A stretch of 51,860 nucleotides of DNA, taken from NCBI GenBank assembly GCA_038234575.1, contig JBBQTO010000002.1, positions 1-51,860 on the forward strand, read 5' to 3'. The position numbers were made by a program, and so were the translations under genes. Under the pieces are notes generated by a model. It ran no database searches and had not been told where the DNA came from. It saw only the letters and a list, made by a program, of their open reading frames with translations. Below are positions 47,707-51,860 of this stretch, piece by piece (the stretch's first letter is position 1; every line of letters starts with the position of its first letter). This DNA is from Candidatus Limnocylindrales bacterium. GTDB lineage: Bacteria > Chloroflexota > Limnocylindria > Limnocylindrales > CSP1-4.

Positions 47707-48135
47707 TCAGTCGATCGCGGCCGGAGCCGCTTCGCTCTCGGATTCGTCGATCCGCTCGGTGCCGTCCTCGTCGAGCTCATCCTCGCCGGATGGCAGCAGG
47801 CTCTCGTCGCCGGTCTCGGCATCGCCCGCATCGCGCAGGGCTCGCGCCGGGCGCTCCTGGCGGGTGATGAGGTGGCGAAGGACCTCCTCGGTGATGAGGA
47901 GACCGCGCTCGAGCTCCAGAATCGCCGTTGCCGGCGCCTCGAACACGACGATGTGGTACGACCCGTCGCGGTGTCGATCGATGGGGTACGCGAGTCGACG
48001 GCGACCCCAGGGGGCCACCTTGACGATCTGACCGCCGTCGGTCGAGATCTGACGGGTCGTCCGGTCGACGATCGCGGAGATCCGCTCGTCCGGCGCGTCC
48101 GGACTGAAAACCAGCATGAGTTCGTAGCGGCGCAC
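47707..48135 (-). CDS. rpsF: 30S ribosomal protein S6 with an acidic C-terminal tail
   Basis: MRRYELMLVFSPD...WGRRRLAYPI. GTG start with GGAAGGAG Shine-Dalgarno. Confidence 0.92.
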   Translation of the reverse strand: MRRYELMLVFSPDAPDERISAIVDRTTRQISTDGGQIVKVAPWGRRRLAYPIDRHRDGSYHIVVFEAPATAILELERGLLITEEVLRHLITRQERPARALRDAGDAETGDESLLPSGEDELDEDGTERIDESESEAAPAAID

Positions 48136-48210
48136 GGCCGAATAGCTCCTTCCCGTGGGGATGCCCCGCTGGCCGAACGTCGGACGTGGAGCCGAAAGGC
48201 AATGGCGGAG

Positions 48211-48219
48211 AGTCTACCA
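48211..48219 (-). promoter_or_regulatory. candidate extended -10 promoter (TGG-TAGACT) for rpsF-ssb-rpsR
   Basis: Lies in the 163-nt divergent spacer, ~75 nt upstream of the rpsF GTG. Confidence 0.4.
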
Positions 48220-48298
48220 CGGGCCTCCACGCGAGCCGAATGCAAGAGGTCGGGTTGTATCCTCGGTATCTGACCACCGCCCTTTGACAGGAGTTCCC

Positions 48299-49504
48299 TT
48301 GTCCGAGACCCGAATCCTTCTCCTCGGCGACACCTCGAGCGATGCGGTCGCGCGCGTGCTCGCGCTGCATGATCGCTCGGTTACCCGCCTCGCGGACGCC
48401 GACGAAGCGGTCAAGGAGGCGTCCAGGCACGGGATCGTCGTGATCGACGCGGTCGCCGCGCCGAGGACGGTCGCGTCCGTGTGCCGCGATCTTCGAGCCG
48501 TGCCGGCGCTCGCGGAGATCCCCGTCCTCGCGATCAGCGCGACCGATGACGTCGAGGATCGGATCCGGCTGCTCGAGGCCGGGGCCGACGACGTCATGGC
48601 CCGACCGGTCGACGAGCGCGAGCTCGACGCGAGGATCGAGGCCCTCGACCTGCGCTCCCGCCGGTCGAAGGATCTCCGCCCCGGCACTGTCGTGAGCTCC
48701 ACCCGCCGGGAGGGACGTCGCCTCGTCGTCGTCTTCTCGCCGAAGGGCGGCGCCGGCACGACCACGGTTGCCGTGAACCTGGCGCTCGCGATGGAGGCCC
48801 GCAAGAGCGGCGAGGTCGCGGTCATCGACCTCGCCCAGGGCACCGGCAGCGTCGCGACGTACCTGAACGCCGATCCCCGGCTCGGCATCGCCGACATGGC
48901 CCGCGACACGCTGGCCCTCGGCGACGCGGCCGCAGTCCGGACATACCTGACGGGCGCGGACAAGCTCGTGATCCTCGCCGGCCGCCCGGGACCCGGTTCG
49001 CCGCTCCTGGTCGACCGGGAGAACGTCGGCCCGATCATCGAGACCGTCCTCGCCGCCGTGCCGACGGTCGTCGTCGATGCAGGCTCCGACCTCGACGACC
49101 GAACGATCGCGGCAATGGAGCTCGCCGACAACGTCGTCCTCGTCGTGACCCCGGAGTTCCCGAGCCTGCGATCGGTGCACCTGGTGCTCGAATATCTCCG
49201 CGAGATCGGTTCGTCGATCGGGGACACGGCCGTCGTGCTCAACGAGATCTTCGCTCGCCACATGCTGACGCCGGCCGATATCGAGGGCGCACTCGGCCGG
49301 CCCGTCGCGGCCCGGATCCCGCACGATCCCCTGCTCTTCCAGCGGGCGGCGAACGAGGGCTCACCGATCTACCAGCTCGCCCACGGGTCGCCGCAGGCCA
49401 AGCGATTCGACGACCTCGCGGTCGTGGTCCTGGGCGAGGACGTTCCGGGCGGCGCGGGCGAGCGTCGTCGGCGCAGGCTGGGGACGCTCTTCGGCCGCTC
49501 CTGA
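48299..49504 (+). CDS. CpaE/TadZ-like protein: atypical receiver domain fused to a MinD/ParA-type ATPase
   Basis: TTG 48299 with AGGAG 7 nt upstream (track ORF starts 48 codons earlier). The receiver-like N-terminus is RILLLGD...IVVIDAV...PVLAISA...ARP, with Arg in place of the conserved Lys. It is followed by VVVFSPKGGAGTTTVAVNLA (deviant Walker A). Confidence 0.8.
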   Translation: MSETRILLLGDTSSDAVARVLALHDRSVTRLADADEAVKEASRHGIVVIDAVAAPRTVASVCRDLRAVPALAEIPVLAISATDDVEDRIRLLEAGADDVMARPVDERELDARIEALDLRSRRSKDLRPGTVVSSTRREGRRLVVVFSPKGGAGTTTVAVNLALAMEARKSGEVAVIDLAQGTGSVATYLNADPRLGIADMARDTLALGDAAAVRTYLTGADKLVILAGRPGPGSPLLVDRENVGPIIETVLAAVPTVVVDAGSDLDDRTIAAMELADNVVLVVTPEFPSLRSVHLVLEYLREIGSSIGDTAVVLNEIFARHMLTPADIEGALGRPVAARIPHDPLLFQRAANEGSPIYQLAHGSPQAKRFDDLAVVVLGEDVPGGAGERRRRRLGTLFGRS

Positions 49505-49520
49505 GCGGAGCGTCCCCACG

Positions 49521-49895
49521 TCAGCCGGCTGCGGGGCCCCTCGATATCGGGGCCGGGCTGTCGAACCGATCGTCGTCGAGATCCCCAGCGCCGGCCGGCA
49601 TCACGTCGAGCGACTCGTAGTGGGTGACGTTCAGGCCCAGCAGGAGGTCCTCGGAGCCCGGCAGGAGGCGCGGCCGCGAGATGTCGTCGCCGGCCCAACC
49701 GTAGAGCGCAGTGGCATCGCGCCACTCCTCGAACAGGATGACCTCCTCGCCGCCATCGGGCTCAAGCCGCCGGGCGAGCTTCACATACACGAGGCCATCG
49801 TGATCCCGGAGGACGGGCAGTTGCTGGCGCATCAGGGCATTGAAGTGCCCGACGCGGCCCGGCTTCACGTTGGCGCAGAGCACTCGAACGATCAA
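49521..49895 (-). CDS. ABM-fold (antibiotic-biosynthesis-monooxygenase-like) small protein
   Basis: 124 aa, TTG start with AGGAG upstream. MIVRVLCANVKPGRVGHFNALMRQQLPVLRDHDGLVYVKLARRLEPDGGEEVILFEEWRD fits the ferredoxin-like ABM pattern. The assignment is tentative. Confidence 0.6.
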   Translation of the reverse strand: MIVRVLCANVKPGRVGHFNALMRQQLPVLRDHDGLVYVKLARRLEPDGGEEVILFEEWRDATALYGWAGDDISRPRLLPGSEDLLLGLNVTHYESLDVMPAGAGDLDDDRFDSPAPISRGPAAG

Positions 49896-50429
49896 GCCGC
49901 TACCGCTCCTGTCTCAGTGGGGTGTGGGCGCACGGCCCCAGGCGGAATTCGATCAGTCTGCCGGGTCGCGCGCGTGGGGCCAAGGGCCTGATCTTGCGAC
50001 CGTGTTGCAATCCGCGGGTCCGCACGCAAGGGCCCGCCGCGAGCGTCGGGCCGCTGCTCCACCGGGAAGGGCGACGACAGTCGGCGGGCCACCGAGACTC
50101 TTGGCGGGGCGACTACTGGCGAGCTGATGTCGTTCCCTAAAGACCCAGTCTCGGGGACGGTCCTGTCGTTGAACCGTCCGAAGGTCCGGGCCTCATCGCC
50201 TTCCGCCGCGGTCATTCTGGTCGGCGGCCAAGAGAACAGTCCATCACCGATCCCACAGAGAGCGCCCGCGAGGGGTCCGTTCGGCCTGACCTTCGTGACG
50301 CTCGGCCCATTCGCGTGTGGACCCGCTTCACCCAGCATGCATGTCGAGGCCTCATCGAGCGGCTCGTTCCATGACACGAGCGCTCGCGGGCCACGAGGTC
50401 CTTCGGACCAACAGCAAAGGAGCTTTCCG

Positions 50430-50924
50430 ATGTATCGACTCCGCACCGCGATGCTCGCGGTCGTCATCACCGCCCTTGTGGCAGCCTGTAGCGCCGCCGC
50501 GACCCCGGCTCCGTCCTTCGTCTACAGCACGACGGGGCCGGCGACCCAGGCTCCGGCAAGCCTCGCGCCGTCCGTTGATGCGAACGCGCCACTGACGATC
50601 GATCTCACCGAGTGGAAGGTTGCCACCGCCAGCACGCTCAAGGCTGGCAAGTCGACGTTCGCGATCTCCAACGCCGGGACGATCCCGCATGAGCTGCTCA
50701 TCTTCAAGAGTGCCCTGGCGCCGGCGGCCTACCCGACCGATACCGCCGGCGACATCGTCGAGGACGGTTCCGGCGTCAAGCTCGTCAGCGACGGGGAGAA
50801 CATCGATCCTGCTAAGTCGCAGTCTCGAGCGATCGATCTGGCGCCCGGCACCTACCTCTTCGTGTGCAACATTCCCGGCCACTTCAAGGCGGGCATGTTC
50901 ACGGTCGTGACCGTCACGGGGTAG
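50430..50924 (+). CDS. cupredoxin (type-1 copper) lipoprotein
   Basis: ATG 50430 with AAAGGAG Shine-Dalgarno. Signal peptide plus lipobox (ALVAAC). Copper-ligand pattern GTIPHELLIF ... FVCNIPGHFKAGM (His, Cys, His, Met). Confidence 0.8.
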   Translation: MYRLRTAMLAVVITALVAACSAAATPAPSFVYSTTGPATQAPASLAPSVDANAPLTIDLTEWKVATASTLKAGKSTFAISNAGTIPHELLIFKSALAPAAYPTDTAGDIVEDGSGVKLVSDGENIDPAKSQSRAIDLAPGTYLFVCNIPGHFKAGMFTVVTVTG

Positions 50925-50977
50925 GCTCTCGGTCGTTCGTTCTCTTGTGAGCAAAGAGGCTAGCGGACGGATTGGCC

Positions 50978-51000
50978 CCCCTCGCCGCGTCGACGAGGGG
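50978..51000. terminator. GC-rich hairpin between convergent genes (CCCCTCG / CGAGGGG)
   Basis: 7-bp perfect stem with a 9-nt loop, in the 138-nt spacer between the cupredoxin and ACT genes. There is no U-tract. Confidence 0.35.
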
Positions 51001-51014
51001 CGACTGGGTAAAAC

Positions 51015-51040
51015 ACGAGGGCGGCTTTCGCGTCCCTCGT
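51015..51040. terminator. second GC-rich hairpin between convergent genes (ACGAGGG / CCCTCGT)
   Basis: 7-bp perfect stem with a 12-nt loop containing TTT. Same spacer as the previous hairpin. Confidence 0.35.
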
Positions 51041-51062
51041 CGGTTCTCAGGACCTTCGTCGA

Positions 51063-51461
51063 TCAGGCGGGCGCGGCTACGCCCGCGCCGAGAATGCTCC
51101 GCGCTGCTTCAACCTTGTCGACGCCGAGAGCGAGGTTCATCGTGTCCCCGCTCATCCCGGTGGCCAGGAGCAGCTCAATGTTGATCCCGGCGTCGCCGAG
51201 CTTCCCGGCGATTTCCGCGAGGGCGCCGGGCGTGTCGGCGACGCTGATCGGAATGACCTCAACCTCTCGGTACGAGGCGTGAGCGCCGTCGAGCGCGCTG
51301 CGAGTGCCGGCCTCGTCGTCGGTGATGAAGCCGAAGCCGCCGACGCCCCCAAGGCTGAGGACGCTACCTGTTTGGATGTTGATGCCCTTTGCGGCGAGGG
51401 CACCCGAGACTCGGGCAAGCTCACCCGCCTGGTTCTTTGCTTCGACGATGAACGCGTTCAT
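51063..51461 (-). CDS. ACT-domain (tandem) small-molecule-binding protein
   Basis: ATG 51461 with GAGGAGGG Shine-Dalgarno. Two ACT-like repeats: MNAFIVEAKNQAGELARVSGALAAKGINI and ISVADTPGALAEIAGKLGDAGINI. Confidence 0.65.
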   Translation of the reverse strand: MNAFIVEAKNQAGELARVSGALAAKGINIQTGSVLSLGGVGGFGFITDDEAGTRSALDGAHASYREVEVIPISVADTPGALAEIAGKLGDAGINIELLLATGMSGDTMNLALGVDKVEAARSILGAGVAAPA

Positions 51462-51730
51462 GAGCGCCCTCCTCGGTGACCAGCCGACGCGATCGAACAT
51501 GTCCCATCGCTGCAGCGGCCGGTAGACCGTCGATTCTACGCCCGGCTGCGCTGGGAGTCGGTGTCCGGAACGGGCCCTCGCACGATGTTGCCATGGCGTC
51601 GGCGGAGCCTGTGCGACTGAGTTGAGCCGCTGGTCCTCGTCAGTAGGTCAAGACTCGGTCGGCTTCGAGCGTCAGCTCAATAAGTCGAGACGGCGGCGCC
51701 AGCGTCACGGCGAGGCTTCCTAAGGGCGCG

Positions 51731-51860
51731 TCAGGAAATAATCAGCTCAGTAGGCAGGAGGCGCTGACGGGGTAGGAGGGAGTAGTTCCACTCCCCGTGG
51801 AAGGCGTCCGGGCGGAGATACAGGGTCTCCATCTCGGCGTCGCTGACGCGCACTCCGGCA
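51731..51860 (-). mobile_element. 3' end of an ISAzo13-family DDE transposase gene (rest lies beyond the window)
   Basis: Hand translation of the minus strand gives AGVRVSDAEMETLYLRPDAFHGEWNYSLLPRQRLLPTELIIS*. The xFHGEWNY C-terminal motif is characteristic of ISAzo13-type transposases (from memory). Flanking DNA is visibly less GC-rich. Confidence 0.6.

Noticed and set aside
48284-48289. Perfect TTGACA hexamer just upstream of the CpaE-like gene.
   Set aside because: It lies only 10 nt before the TTG start and abuts the Shine-Dalgarno sequence, so it cannot be the -35 of this gene's promoter. No matching -10 lies at the right spacing downstream in a useful position.
48299-49504. Possibility that the CpaE-like gene marks a Tad/Flp pilus locus.
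   Set aside because: No cpaF/tadA ATPase, tadB/C, secretin, pilin or prepilin peptidase gene occurs within the window on either side.
50180-50195. GAAGGUCCGGGCCUCA resembles the RNase P RNA P4 5'-strand motif (GGAAAGUCCGGGCUCC). CCACAGAGAGCGCCCGC nearby also resembles a conserved RNase P segment.
   Set aside because: The expected 3' P4 partner (ACAGAACCCGGCUUA-like) is only loosely matched at ~50318 and would require a 3-nt bulge. The conserved GGUAAGAGC-type P10-P12 elements are absent. A ~400-nt RNA placed here would run into the cupredoxin CDS. An Rfam scan would settle it.
50127-50429. In-frame upstream extension of the cupredoxin ORF (track start at 50127).
   Set aside because: The signal peptide and lipobox begin at ATG 50430, which has an AAAGGAG Shine-Dalgarno sequence. 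The upstream 101 codons have weaker GC3 bias and Ser/Pro-rich low-complexity sequence.
49892-50470. 192-aa minus-strand ORF filling the 534-bp gap.
   Set aside because: The composition is not protein-like, and it has no motifs or Shine-Dalgarno sequence. It overlaps the well-supported cupredoxin start and the ABM gene start. I treat it as an artefact, although the region itself is flagged as a finding.
1-51860. Search by eye for tRNA, rRNA, tmRNA, SRP RNA or CRISPR signatures (T-loop GGTTCGAAT-type motifs, GGAAGCAGC SRP motif, regularly spaced direct repeats).
   Set aside because: No convincing instance was found. The only gctgcttc match lies inside the ffh CDS. The only tandem repeats are the short in-frame 15-bp units reported above. 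A tRNAscan/Infernal/CRISPR-finder run would be needed to be definitive.

Overview
Very GC-rich window (about two-thirds to 70% GC by eye, not computed). I call 57 protein-coding features, 53 of them on the minus strand. I found no rRNA, tRNA or CRISPR array. From about 48.1 kb down to position 1 the minus strand carries tightly packed housekeeping operons for translation, envelope and replication. Their order closely mirrors the Bacillus/Terrabacteria arrangement as I recall it: ileS-lspA-rluD-gmk-priA-def-fmt-rlmN-rpe-dtd | rpmB(+) | yloU-yloV-recG-rsmD-coaD-(coiled-coil ORF)-yceD-rpmF-plsX-asp23-nusB-acpP-rnc-smc-ftsY-ffh-rpsP-KH-rimM-trmD-rplS-rnhB-yraN-rpsB-tsf-pyrH-frr-uppS-cdsA-dxr. A second block follows: LCP(+), ilvE, CaCA antiporter, DUF1634+TSUP, rpsR-ssb-rpsF. 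Many gene junctions are 4-nt GTGA/ATGA stop/start overlaps. The ORF track gives longest ORFs, so several starts were re-set by hand (rpsB, frr, ffh, acpP, rsmD, rpe, fmt, rlmN, priA, ilvE and others). The last ~3.7 kb (48.1-51.9 kb) looks accessory: an orphan CpaE/TadZ-like receiver-ATPase, an ABM-fold protein, a 534-bp non-coding gap, a cupredoxin lipoprotein, an ACT protein and the 3' end of an ISAzo13-type transposase. I do not see a convincing new multi-gene system such as a defence island, toxin module or biosynthetic cluster. The observations most worth a second look are listed here. (1) A 186-codon SepIVA/DivIVA-like ORF between coaD and yceD has no ATG/GTG/TTG start and is absent from the ORF track. 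(2) The conserved N-terminus of rimM lies upstream of its first canonical start, with a CTGA junction to the KH gene. (3) Two envelope proteins sit inside the ftsY-ffh-rpsP core: a lipoprotein and a 609-aa DUF3352-like protein. (4) Rpe carries an extra C-terminal domain. (5) The structured 534-bp gap lies upstream of the cupredoxin gene. (6) A/T-rich -10 boxes stand out against the GC-rich background, including two symmetric boxes in divergent regions and two predicted leaderless genes. All family assignments rest on motifs read by eye and on memory of these families. No searches were run.
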